Source: Candidatus Omnitrophota bacterium
Lineage (GTDB): Bacteria; Omnitrophota; Gorgyraeia; Pluralincolimonadales; Pluralincolimonadaceae
DNA: 64,000 nucleotides
Direction: 5' to 3'
NCBI GenBank assembly: GCA_003141835.1
Contig: PLNR01000002.1
Span: forward strand, 14,026 to 78,025
The position numbers were made by a program, and so were the translations under genes. The notes under the pieces were generated by a model. The model did no database searches. It worked only from the letters and a program-made list of their open reading frames with translations, and had not been told where the DNA came from. Of the stretch, positions 7,516-16,448 are shown piece after piece (the first letter of the stretch is position 1; every line of letters starts with the position of its first letter).

Positions 7516-8185
7516 CTATATCCGACCACTTCTTCATGCCTTCGATCCAACCTTTTATCCTGCATTGAAGACGTGTATCGGAAATCACTATCTTAAATGT
7601 TCCTAGCGGCAGTGTATCTCTTTTGTTTTTGCTTGCCCTGCTGACGGCTAGATGCGCTTTATGAAATTGGTCTAAAGGTATGCCGCTGATTTGTGACCAA
7701 AATTTTTCGGCTTTTTCTTTATTTAAGTGCGGATGGATATGAACTCCACCGCGAAATTTAGCATCGTTTACTTTACAGATATCTTTAAAAAATTTCATCA
7801 TCAAGCGCACCATATGCGGGTCTGAATTAGTGAAAATTACCGTATTATTTCCTGCTTTCGACCCTTCTCCCCAATATAGCGCGCTGCCGACCGCTTTTAA
7901 GAGAGTATTCGAACATTCCGATGGGATTTCCTTGGTCGCGGAATTTTTAATATCTTTCCGGATTTTTCCCCACTTTTGCTTGGGGCTATTCGGGTGGTTC
8001 GCCGCAACTGCTCTTCCCTTATCCTGGTTCGATTTAAGCTTAGCTATCTGATCTTCGGTAAGGGGGATATCTTCAATCCACCTGCTGACAGCACCTTTCG
8101 AGCATTTGACGCGTTTCGTTATGGCTCGAAGCGACCAACCTTGCCTGCGAAGCTCTCTTGCAAGCTTTCTTTCTTCTGCTTTCAT
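7493..8185 (-). CDS. HTH-domain protein with LAGLIDADG-like motif (ALYWGEGSK); possible homing-endonuclease-like or DNA-binding protein
   Basis: N-terminal helix-turn-helix (LARELRRQGWSLRAITKRVKCSKGAVSRWI). The motif LLKAVGSALYWGEGSKAGNNTVIFTNSD resembles a LAGLIDADG block. The 3' end overlaps tRNA-Val by 23 nt. Confidence 0.4.
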   Translation of the reverse strand: MKAEERKLARELRRQGWSLRAITKRVKCSKGAVSRWIEDIPLTEDQIAKLKSNQDKGRAVAANHPNSPKQKWGKIRKDIKNSATKEIPSECSNTLLKAVGSALYWGEGSKAGNNTVIFTNSDPHMVRLMMKFFKDICKVNDAKFRGGVHIHPHLNKEKAEKFWSQISGIPLDQFHKAHLAVSRASKNKRDTLPLGTFKIVISDTRLQCRIKGWIEGMKKWSDIGALGSAG

Positions 8186-8343
8186 TAGCGAACCTCAATG
8201 TTTTGAACTAATTACCAACATTACACCGGTTCGCTATTGTCAAGGAGCTATCCGTCTGGAAAGCCAAGCGGTGAGTGTATAAATTACCATAATTCCCAGG
8301 GGGTGTCAACCCCGCACTTTTGACAAAGTGCGGGACTTCGGCG

Positions 8344-9480
8344 CTACGCGCCTTGCCGCAATATCTTGTATGATTCCGCCGCCTTCAAACGCTTGCCTAT
8401 CGGCGGGTGGTCGTAGAGGAATATCTCGATGAGCCGGTTCGGCTCCCTGTCGGCGAGGTTCTGGTCGCCGAGCTTGCCCATCATCGAGATGAAAGCATCC
8501 GGATTACCTATCATTTCGAGGGCAAAACGGTCCGCCTCCCGCTCGAATTTCCTGCTCAGGCCGTTCTGGACCGGCATCATTATTAGCGCGAAGAAGAAAA
8601 ATATCAGTAAAAGGAACGGGAACCCCGCCAGGTCGGATACCCCGCGCAGGTTCAGGCGCCACGAGAGGGCGTTGAAGACCAGGCTCGCTATATAGAACCC
8701 GATGAAGTTCGCCGCCGCGCCGAATACAAGCAGCTTCATTATATGGCCCTTCTTGTGGTGCCCCAGCTCGTGGGCGAGGACCGCTTCTATCTCGTCGTGG
8801 CTGTATTCCTTGAGCATCGTATCGCCCAAGAGTACCCTCCTCGTCTTCCCGAGGCCTGCCAAAGCCGCGTTCGCCTTGACCGTCTTCTTGCTCAGGTCTA
8901 TTTCGAAGACGCCGTTGACCTTCGAGCCGCATTTCTCCGCGAGGTTCATCAGGCGCGCGCGCAGGTCATCGTCGGCAAGCGGTTTTACCTTGAAAAAAAG
9001 CGGCAGGATGACGACCGGGGCTACCCTGCTCAAGACTATCGTGAAGATTATCCAGAAGATGGCGGTCCATATCCACCACGTCGCGGCGAAATTCCGCAGG
9101 AAGAGGTAAAGCACCTGGATGAGGATGAAGAATATCGTCCCGCCGACTAGCAATTTCTTGGAATAATCGAGGAGCCACCCGGAGAACGCCTGCGTCGAGA
9201 GCGAGAATTTTTTTTCCAGCGAGAAACCCTGGTACATATCAAGGGTGAACGTCACGGCCGCGTATACCGCCGCGAATACGAGGAAATAGACGGTAGTTTG
9301 GACCCACGGGTTGCGCGAGGAAGCCTCGGCAAAATTGCGTATCCACACGGACGGGCCCTGCGTGGCCATTATATAGAGGAACAAAAGCGTCAGGACCAGC
9401 TCGACGCCGAACAGGATGTTCTTTATCTGCGAGTATTTTTTCGCCTCGCCTGACCCGCTTCCTGAAAACCGTTCTATCAT
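8344..9480 (-). CDS. M48-family zinc metalloprotease (Ste24/HtpX-like membrane protease)
   Basis: Multi-TM N-terminus, HELGHH (HExxH), and a C-terminal EREADRFA region typical of M48. Confidence 0.75.
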   Translation of the reverse strand: MIERFSGSGSGEAKKYSQIKNILFGVELVLTLLFLYIMATQGPSVWIRNFAEASSRNPWVQTTVYFLVFAAVYAAVTFTLDMYQGFSLEKKFSLSTQAFSGWLLDYSKKLLVGGTIFFILIQVLYLFLRNFAATWWIWTAIFWIIFTIVLSRVAPVVILPLFFKVKPLADDDLRARLMNLAEKCGSKVNGVFEIDLSKKTVKANAALAGLGKTRRVLLGDTMLKEYSHDEIEAVLAHELGHHKKGHIMKLLVFGAAANFIGFYIASLVFNALSWRLNLRGVSDLAGFPFLLLIFFFFALIMMPVQNGLSRKFEREADRFALEMIGNPDAFISMMGKLGDQNLADREPNRLIEIFLYDHPPIGKRLKAAESYKILRQGA

Positions 9481-10007
9481 TTCGAATGCTGCAGGTATAT
9501 CTTGCGGATCTCGTTAAAGATGTCGACGTATTCCTTCGTCTGGTAATCGCGGTACGTCCATTCCCACGGCTGGAACGACCTGTCGATGAAGCGGAGGGTT
9601 ATCTCGGCGAAGACGCCTCCGTAGAGGTATACCCTGTGCGCGTTGTCCTTGGTCGTGGCGAGGATAAGTTTCGCGTCGGTGATGTATCCGGGGTCGATGT
9701 TTATCCTGCGCGACGGCTTGCCGCGCTCCCTGCTCTTCCCCAGCTCAAGCTTGTTCGTGTAATGTTTTATCTTCGGCAGGACCTCGGGATTGACGAGTTT
9801 CCTGAAGGAAATGAACTGCCTCTTCAAATTCTGCCCCATCTCAGGCGCGTAATAATCCGTATACGCGAAATCCAGCAATGAGGTCCTGAAATCTATCTTC
9901 CCGAATTTCCACTCCAGTGTCTTCTCCATCTTCATTATCAGGTCCGGGTCGTTCGATATCATCCCGATGATGAGCTTGACCGGCTTATGCTGCTTTGCTA
10001 CTCCCAT
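9477..10007 (-). CDS. conserved hypothetical protein (possibly DUF4416-like)
   Basis: 176-aa ORF overlapping the M48 start, with a GGAGG RBS. There are no recognisable catalytic motifs. The family assignment is from memory only. Confidence 0.4.
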   Translation of the reverse strand: MGVAKQHKPVKLIIGMISNDPDLIMKMEKTLEWKFGKIDFRTSLLDFAYTDYYAPEMGQNLKRQFISFRKLVNPEVLPKIKHYTNKLELGKSRERGKPSRRINIDPGYITDAKLILATTKDNAHRVYLYGGVFAEITLRFIDRSFQPWEWTYRDYQTKEYVDIFNEIRKIYLQHSK

Positions 10008-10051
10008 TTAATCCTCCTGAATTAGATTCCCGCTTGCGCGGGAATGACAAA

Positions 10052-10732
10052 TTATTTACCTTTGCACGTCTTTACGCAGATCCCGCAGATCGAATGGCCT
10101 ATTCCCGCCTTGTTGGCAAAGGCTTTCAACAGTTCGCGGCAGGCTTCCAGGTCCATATCTTTCGCGTCTTTTTTTATGGCTTTGGCCGGGCAGGCGGCGA
10201 CGCACGCGGCGCACTCGCCGCAGGTAATATCCACCGGCTTGTCTAATTTGAGGGGCATATCGGTGAGGACCGTCGCGTACCTTACCGCCGCGCCGTATTC
10301 CGGGTTGATGAGCAGGCCCGAGCGGCCTATGAACCCGTTCCCTGCAAGGCGGCCGATCTCCTTGTGCGAGAGCGCCCCGCGCATCATGCCCCAATCCTCG
10401 ACGTAGCTCGCCGGGATCGGCAGCGCGGAATAGCCGCCCTTCTGGATATGATTTGACAGCTTAAGGGCTATCTCGTCGACCAGCGAGTTGACCCTTTTGT
10501 AATGGAAGGCGTAGATCTTTGACGGCTTATTCGCGATAGTCTCGATTATCCTGCCTGCGAGGCGCACGCCTATCGAGACGCCGTAATCGAGCCCGCTAAG
10601 GACGGATTTCGGCTCGACAAAAAATCCGTCTTTTATCAACGACACGTCGGCAACGCCGAAGAGCGAAGCGCCTTCGGCCTCGGCGGCTGCTTTCAATTTT
10701 TCGTAATTACTTAAAGAGTCTGTTGCCTGCAT
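10052..10732 (-). CDS. short QueG-like (epoxyqueuosine reductase family) protein with two 4Fe-4S motifs
   Basis: HKEIGRLAGNGFIGRSGLLINPEYGAAVRYATVLTDMPL...CGECAACVAACPAKAI resembles the QueG core. There is a second Cys cluster, CGICVKTC. At about 225 aa it is shorter than canonical QueG. Confidence 0.45.
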   Translation of the reverse strand: MQATDSLSNYEKLKAAAEAEGASLFGVADVSLIKDGFFVEPKSVLSGLDYGVSIGVRLAGRIIETIANKPSKIYAFHYKRVNSLVDEIALKLSNHIQKGGYSALPIPASYVEDWGMMRGALSHKEIGRLAGNGFIGRSGLLINPEYGAAVRYATVLTDMPLKLDKPVDITCGECAACVAACPAKAIKKDAKDMDLEACRELLKAFANKAGIGHSICGICVKTCKGK

Positions 10733-11480
10733 CTGATAATATCTCAAGGTCCTTATAATCGGTCATGTCATAGTGCAGCGGCGTTATCGAGATGTAGCCG
10801 TCGCGGACCGCGACCGCGTCTACGAGCCCGTCGCCTTTTACCTGCGCCCTGTAACTGCACAGCCAGTAATACAGGTGCCCGTTCGGGTCCTCGCGCCTGT
10901 CGTAATCTTCCTTGTAAAAGGTAGACATCCCCTGCCGCGTTATCTTTACGCCCTTTATCTTCGCCTTCGGCAGCGCCGGGACGTTGACGTTGAGCAGCGT
11001 ATTGACCGGAAGCTTCTTTTCGAGCATGAGTTTTGCCAACTTATGCGAAAAATCGACCGCCGCCTCGAACTTCTCCCATCTAAACGACGCCAGCGACACG
11101 GCGAACGACGGCACGCCGAGTATCGCCCCCTCTGTCGCGCCTGAGACCGTCCCGGAATATAAGACGTTTATCCCGAGGTTAGGCCCGCGGTTGATGCCTG
11201 ATATGATGAGGTCCGGCTTTTTCTTCTTCATTATGTTCATCAGCCCGATCTTTACGCAGTCGGCAGGCGTACCGGATATTGCGTATCCGAAATATTTCCC
11301 GTCGCGGCGCGCCTCGTTCACTCGGAGCGGCACAGAGAGTGTTATCGCGTGCCCCTGCGCCGAGCGCTCGGCGTCAGGCGCCACGACAGTCACTTCAGCT
11401 ATCGACCTTAATTTCTTGTACAGGGCCGATATCCCGGCTGAATATGTCCCGTCATCGTTGGTAAGCAGTATTCTCTTCAT
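10707..11480 (-). CDS. surE: 5'/3'-nucleotidase SurE
   Basis: MKRILLTNDDGTYSAGI...ISGINRGPNLG...YSGTVSGA, hallmark SurE motifs. Confidence 0.85.
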   Translation of the reverse strand: MKRILLTNDDGTYSAGISALYKKLRSIAEVTVVAPDAERSAQGHAITLSVPLRVNEARRDGKYFGYAISGTPADCVKIGLMNIMKKKKPDLIISGINRGPNLGINVLYSGTVSGATEGAILGVPSFAVSLASFRWEKFEAAVDFSHKLAKLMLEKKLPVNTLLNVNVPALPKAKIKGVKITRQGMSTFYKEDYDRREDPNGHLYYWLCSYRAQVKGDGLVDAVAVRDGYISITPLHYDMTDYKDLEILSDAGNRLFK

Positions 11481-12550
11481 TTCATCTCTACCAATTCGTA
11501 ATCCATGCTCCCGAGGCCTATCTTCTTGCCGTACCTGAGCTGCGCCTCCCAATCGATATGCGGCCATATCTTTTTGAAAGCATCAGCTTTGAAGGCGCCG
11601 TTCACGACGTCGGCTGAGGCTTTGTCTATCGCGACCGGGTCTGTCGAGGCGAATATCCCGACGTCAGGCGCTACTGCCGGGTCGTCCTGGGCGAGGCAGT
11701 CGCATTCCTTCGTTATCTTCATCGCGTAACTCAGGAATAATATCTTCCCCTCTTTATCCTTCATCACGCCGAGCGCGAATTCGGCCATCTTCTCCTGCAC
11801 GTTATTGCTCGATTCGCCCCATGATATGTCGATGGCATCGCTTCTGCATGCCACGAGGCAGTCGGCGCAGCCGATGCATTTTTTTTCGTCTATATATGCG
11901 GTCCCGCCTTTCATCTCTATCGCCCCGGTCGGGCAATGGATGACGCACAATCCGCAGCCGATGCAGGCTTTCGCGTTGATAGTCGGCTTTATCGCAGAAT
12001 GCTGCATCAGTTTCCCGGCGCGCGTCGCGAAGCCCATTCCTATATTTTTCACCGCAGAGGCGAAACCCGTGACCATATGGCCCGTGACGTGCGAGAGGAC
12101 AACGACAGCGTCCGCGTCTGCGCACGCCTTCGCTATCTTCACGGATTTAAAATGTTTCCCGTTTATCTTCACCTCAAAATCTTCGCCCGACCTCAGCCCG
12201 TCCGCGATGACGACCGGCGCGCCGCAGATCTCCCGGGTATACCCGTGATCGAAAGCGATATTCGTGTGGTCGACCGCGTTCGACCTCGACCCTTTATACA
12301 GCGTATTCGAGTCGGTAAAGAACGGTTTGCCTTTGAGCGCCGATATCTCGTCGACGACAAACCTCGCGTGGCGCGCGTCGACGTGTCCGGTGTTGCCTTT
12401 GTCGCCGAAAGTCAATTTTATTGCGGTGAGCGCGTCTTTTTTGACTATATTCCTTAGGCCGGCCCTCTCCAGCAGCCAGCACGTCTTTTCGCGCATCGAA
12501 TCGAGCGGTTCGTCCCTTTTAGCTTTTACAAAAAATACCTTGGATTTCAC
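11477..12550 (-). CDS. DUF362-domain protein with two 4Fe-4S ferredoxin motifs
   Basis: CIGCGLCVIHCP and CIGCADCLVAC motifs. The overall layout is like DUF362/ferredoxin fusion proteins. Confidence 0.65.
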   Translation of the reverse strand: MKSKVFFVKAKRDEPLDSMREKTCWLLERAGLRNIVKKDALTAIKLTFGDKGNTGHVDARHARFVVDEISALKGKPFFTDSNTLYKGSRSNAVDHTNIAFDHGYTREICGAPVVIADGLRSGEDFEVKINGKHFKSVKIAKACADADAVVVLSHVTGHMVTGFASAVKNIGMGFATRAGKLMQHSAIKPTINAKACIGCGLCVIHCPTGAIEMKGGTAYIDEKKCIGCADCLVACRSDAIDISWGESSNNVQEKMAEFALGVMKDKEGKILFLSYAMKITKECDCLAQDDPAVAPDVGIFASTDPVAIDKASADVVNGAFKADAFKKIWPHIDWEAQLRYGKKIGLGSMDYELVEMK

Positions 12551-13038
12551 ACGAGCTCCACTATTTTCGCTTCCATCGTCTTCAAGTCTACTATCGCGAC
12601 CGTCGATTTGCCGGTCGTCCAGCCGCCGGTCTCGCCGGGGTTGACCAAAAGGGCGTTTCCTACCTTCTTTATCTCGGGCTTGTGCGTGTGGCCGTAGATA
12701 AGGAGATGCAATTCCTGGTTCTCTATCAGGCCCATGATACCGGGGACGTCCTCTATCTCATGGGTAATTATCATCTTTATGTTCGAAAGGTCATACCTGT
12801 AAGGATGGTCTACTATCAGGCCGTTCGACTTGATGGACAGGGCCTTTTTGTCGCCGTCGTTATTCCCGTAGACTCCCAGCCATTTGCATTTCAATTTGTC
12901 GAGTGGCGTGAGCGCGAACGGCGCGCAATAGTCGCCGGCATGGATGACCAGGTCGCATCCTTCCGCGTTGAATACCTCTACCGCCTTCCTCACCATAGGC
13001 ACGTTGTCATGCGAATCAGCCATCACTCCGAGCTTCAT
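12547..13038 (-). CDS. YfcE/MJ0936-family metallophosphoesterase
   Basis: MKLGVMADSHDN...HAGD...GNND...GHTH, calcineurin-like phosphoesterase motifs. Confidence 0.8.
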   Translation of the reverse strand: MKLGVMADSHDNVPMVRKAVEVFNAEGCDLVIHAGDYCAPFALTPLDKLKCKWLGVYGNNDGDKKALSIKSNGLIVDHPYRYDLSNIKMIITHEIEDVPGIMGLIENQELHLLIYGHTHKPEIKKVGNALLVNPGETGGWTTGKSTVAIVDLKTMEAKIVELV

Positions 13039-13051
13039 CCATTCCTCCGTA

Positions 13052-13714
13052 TTATTTTAACATTATCACCGAGAGCATCCTCCCGGCCTTTTCTTTTTCT
13101 TTCCTGAATGAGAAGAATTCGCCGTTCCTGCAGGCGGTGCATATCCCGCAGTCGAAAATATTTTTCGCGCTTATGCCGGCAGCTATAAGCTGCATGGCAT
13201 TCTCACCTACCAGGTCAAAATAATGCTTATGCGCCATTTTAACAACCGAATCGGGAAAATGCACCAAAAATTCGCTGTTCACTTCGTAACAGCACTGCCT
13301 GAGCGCCGGCCCCATCCCGACAAGCAGCCTTGACGGGGCTGACTTGTAATTCGCCTTCATCGCTTCGACGACGTTATTGGATATCCTCTCCTTCGTGCTC
13401 TTCCATCCCGCGTGTGCGATGCCACAGCAATGGTGCTCGGGGTCGTAGAAGAGTATCGGCAGGCAATCCGCCGTCCTGACGGACAACGCTATCCCTTTCA
13501 CGTTCGTTATCGCCCCGTCGGCCCCGGCGATCTCCCCTGACAAGTCGGTCTTTGCGTCTATCTTCACGACCTTCCCGCCGTGCACCTGTTCAAGGCGCGC
13601 GAGTCCCTCGGGGACGATCCCCAGCCTCTTGAGGAAATCCCCATGGCTTATCTTCCGGTCGGAGATGCCGTGCAAGACAGGAAAATTTTCCAGTTCCTTA
13701 AGCGCTATTATCAT
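13052..13714 (-). CDS. pgeF: PgeF/YfiH family (laccase-domain, purine nucleoside phosphorylase-like) protein
   Basis: VRTADCLPILFYDP...CCGIAHAGW...GPALRQCCYEV motifs of DUF152/YfiH. Confidence 0.75.
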   Translation of the reverse strand: MIIALKELENFPVLHGISDRKISHGDFLKRLGIVPEGLARLEQVHGGKVVKIDAKTDLSGEIAGADGAITNVKGIALSVRTADCLPILFYDPEHHCCGIAHAGWKSTKERISNNVVEAMKANYKSAPSRLLVGMGPALRQCCYEVNSEFLVHFPDSVVKMAHKHYFDLVGENAMQLIAAGISAKNIFDCGICTACRNGEFFSFRKEKEKAGRMLSVIMLK

Positions 13715-15672
13715 CAGAACGGCAGTCCCACGTCGAACATGAATCTCGGCACCTGGCTCTCCTTGTTCGTATTAAGCGGATAGGCGAGGTCGAAGCGCAG
13801 GACGGTCCATTTCGTCCTGAAGCGGATCCCGCCGCCGATGGAATTCTGGAGCTCGGCCGGGAAGCGCACTTTGTTAAAGCTTCTCCAATCCCCGCCCACA
13901 TCATAAAATATTGCGCCGTTGAACCATCTGTATATTGGGAACCTCATCTCCGCGTTGCCCAGCAGCATCACCGTGCCCCACAACGGCCTGTTGTCAGCGT
14001 CCTTGGGCCCTATTGAGTTGACTTTATACCCGCGCACCGTATCTATGCCTCCCAGCATGAACCTTTCGAAGAACGGGACGTCTTTCGCTTCGCCGTACGT
14101 GTCCATCCATCCGCCCATGCCCCTGAGCGCGAAAGTTATCTTCGGGTAAGGCAGGGTGAAATACCATCTCCCCTCGCCTGTGGCCCTCATGAAATTATAA
14201 TCGCCTCCGAGGCCCTTCGCTGCGACGCCGAAGCCGGCGTGGTAATACGAGCCGTCCGTAGGGTAGAGCTTATCGTCAAATGTATTCCTCTCCCAATGGA
14301 AAGAGAGCGTCGATACGCTGCTTTTGCCTTTGTTGAGCTGGAATTCCTGGGGAGCCGAAACAGGCACCTCATCGACATTCACGGCCTCGTATGTATATTT
14401 TAGGAACCCGTGGGTATGCTCGGTAATGCGGCCCCCGAATATGATGTCCCCGCCGGCATCGCGCATGCGGTGGCGGTCATCCTCGGATGCGCGCCAGAGC
14501 GCCTCGGCCCCGCCGAAATATCCCGTGCCGAGAAGGTCTTCCCTGATGACGCCTGCGCTGATGTCCCTGTACCTGTTGTTAGTGCCGACCTTTATCTTGT
14601 AGTTTGTCTCATTGCCGATGTATTTCCCCGCGTCTATCGAAAAATTCGATACCGGGGATTCGGGATAGTACGACGGCCCGATCCTTTTGGCTTTTTCCCT
14701 GTCTACCAGCTCGGCGTAAAAGAATTGGAATGTCTTTATTTTAGCGTAGCCCATCGTGAAGAGCGAAGTGAAATGGCCCGACGGTATCCAGATTATCTCC
14801 GGTTTGTTAAGCGCCTGCCACAACTGGTCGGTGCTCTCGCGCGGGATCGCGGTATCGAAATACGCGTTCACCATCAGGACGGGCTTTCCCTTGCACCTGT
14901 CCGCGAAAGCCAGCGGGTCTATTATCCATAACCTCTTCTCCAGTTCCTGCTCTGAAGCTATTCCTTCCTCTTCCAGGCATTTCTTGAAAGTCTTTGTCGT
15001 GAAGCTGTTCCATACTATCTTGCCCATATTGCCGCCGCCGAGGATTATGGCCATCGAGCACGGCCTTTGGTCCACCCCTGTGACGATCGGCACCATTATC
15101 CCGCCCAGGCTCAGGCCCATTATGCCGATCTTGTCCTTTTCCACTTTGGGTTGCGCCTCAAGCCAGTCTATCCCGCGCCGCGCCTCGATGACTATCTGCC
15201 GGAATAGCTGGACTATCGCGTCCGAGCCGCATTGTTTGATATTCGCGTCGAGCCATTCGCGGCTGAATTTATAATCCTTCTGATACGCGGTCTGGACCAG
15301 CAATACCGCTATGCCGTTGGAGGCGAGGTCGCGGCAAAAATCCCCTTCGATCTGCGGCACTCCCCCGGCTATATGGCTCAGGAATATTACCGCCGGATAT
15401 TTTTCCTTGCCCTTCGGCTCATAAAAATCCAGGTATACCGTATTGTTAGGGTAATCGGTCTGCAGGGCCGAGGGATAACTGAAAGAGTAATGCTCGTATT
15501 CGCCGGTCTTCTCTTTCGATTCGAGCGTGCAAACAGGTACGCCTTTTGGATAATCGTAGAATTTGGCCGGATCAGCCTCTTCTCCGCGTGCCGGGGTGGA
15601 AAAAACCGGGCTCCCGGTGAAAAACATCACGAGAAAGAACGCGAACCGCCATTTCATCTTTTTTTCATCCAC
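13714..15672 (-). CDS. secreted alpha/beta-hydrolase (GLSLGG) fused to C-terminal Omp85/BamA-type (Bac_surface_Ag) beta-barrel
   Basis: Signal peptide. Dienelactone-hydrolase/esterase-like N-terminal half with GxSxG. The C-terminus has ERFMLGGIDTVRGY, GAIFYDVGG, GGGIRFRT..LRFDLAYPL and a terminal F, as in Omp85 barrels. Confidence 0.7.
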   Translation of the reverse strand: MDEKKMKWRFAFFLVMFFTGSPVFSTPARGEEADPAKFYDYPKGVPVCTLESKEKTGEYEHYSFSYPSALQTDYPNNTVYLDFYEPKGKEKYPAVIFLSHIAGGVPQIEGDFCRDLASNGIAVLLVQTAYQKDYKFSREWLDANIKQCGSDAIVQLFRQIVIEARRGIDWLEAQPKVEKDKIGIMGLSLGGIMVPIVTGVDQRPCSMAIILGGGNMGKIVWNSFTTKTFKKCLEEEGIASEQELEKRLWIIDPLAFADRCKGKPVLMVNAYFDTAIPRESTDQLWQALNKPEIIWIPSGHFTSLFTMGYAKIKTFQFFYAELVDREKAKRIGPSYYPESPVSNFSIDAGKYIGNETNYKIKVGTNNRYRDISAGVIREDLLGTGYFGGAEALWRASEDDRHRMRDAGGDIIFGGRITEHTHGFLKYTYEAVNVDEVPVSAPQEFQLNKGKSSVSTLSFHWERNTFDDKLYPTDGSYYHAGFGVAAKGLGGDYNFMRATGEGRWYFTLPYPKITFALRGMGGWMDTYGEAKDVPFFERFMLGGIDTVRGYKVNSIGPKDADNRPLWGTVMLLGNAEMRFPIYRWFNGAIFYDVGGDWRSFNKVRFPAELQNSIGGGIRFRTKWTVLRFDLAYPLNTNKESQVPRFMFDVGLPF

Positions 15673-16448
15673 TTACTGTCTTTTGAGGCGCCCCATTTAG
15701 TACTTTCATTCCGGTCCGGCGCGGCCTCCTTCGTCTCCGACGGCATATCGCCCAGGACCGGCGTGACAAGCGTCGCGGCTATATCGTAGCTGTTGCCCTT
15801 CGGGGTCTTGGTCAGCACGATCAGCTTCTTCCCCCAGTATTCGCGGAGCGGCATAATTATCCTGCCGTTCGGCAGGAGTTGGTTGACCGCCTGCTGCGGC
15901 GCGAAATCTATCGGATTGGTTATAACGATGACATCATAAGGCGCGAATTCCGCCCACCCGGCATCTATCCTGCCGGTCTTTACCTTTATGTTCTTATAAC
16001 CGAGCGCCTTAAGCCTTTCTTCGGCCTGCAGGGCGACCCCTTGCGACGGCTCGACGCAATATACTTCCTTGGAGAGTTCCGCCAGGACAGCGGCCTGGTA
16101 ACCGGATTCTACGCCCAATTCCAGGACCCTCTCTCCCCCTTTAAGCCCGGCCAGTTGGGCGACCAGCGAGACGAAATACGCCGGCGGGACCGCCTCGTCT
16201 CCGCCTATGGGCAGCGATATGTCATCGTAGGCGTATTGCCTCATGCCTTCCGGGACGAACTGGTGCCGCTCTATCCTGCCTATGACATCGAGGATCTTTT
16301 TGTCCTTGATACCGCGCGCTGCGACCTGGGAATCGACCATCATCTGCCGTTGGCGGGCATAATCGGTCCCTTCCGCGGCGCAAACGGAGGACGATACCAG
16401 AAAAACAGAAAGGAAGAACGCGCAGGGCCTTGGCAAACTCATCTTCAC
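15654..16448 (-). CDS. pcm: protein-L-isoaspartate O-methyltransferase with predicted signal peptide
   Basis: VLELGVESGYQAAVLAEL (AdoMet motif I) and AYDDISLPIGGDEAV, in the PCMT family. The N-terminus MKMSLPRPCAFFLSVFLVSSSVCAA is signal-like. Confidence 0.8.
   Translation of the reverse strand: MKMSLPRPCAFFLSVFLVSSSVCAAEGTDYARQRQMMVDSQVAARGIKDKKILDVIGRIERHQFVPEGMRQYAYDDISLPIGGDEAVPPAYFVSLVAQLAGLKGGERVLELGVESGYQAAVLAELSKEVYCVEPSQGVALQAEERLKALGYKNIKVKTGRIDAGWAEFAPYDVIVITNPIDFAPQQAVNQLLPNGRIIMPLREYWGKKLIVLTKTPKGNSYDIAATLVTPVLGDMPSETKEAAPDRNESTKWGASKDSKWMKKR

Noticed and set aside
8186-8343. 10-bp perfect hairpin CCCGCACTTT-tgac-AAAGTGCGGG downstream of the M48 gene.
   Set aside because: On the coding (minus) strand it is not followed by a U-tract, so it is not a convincing intrinsic terminator. 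It may simply be a stabilising 3' hairpin, or it may overlap the promoter of the HTH gene (TTGACA-N17-TAATTT).
10026-10045. 8-bp GC-rich hairpin ATTCCCGC-ttgc-GCGGGAAT between the QueG-like and DUF4416-like genes.
   Set aside because: It is followed within 15 nt by the GGAGG RBS and ATG of the next gene, with no T-tract. It is probably an intergenic stem-loop or attenuator-like element of unclear function.
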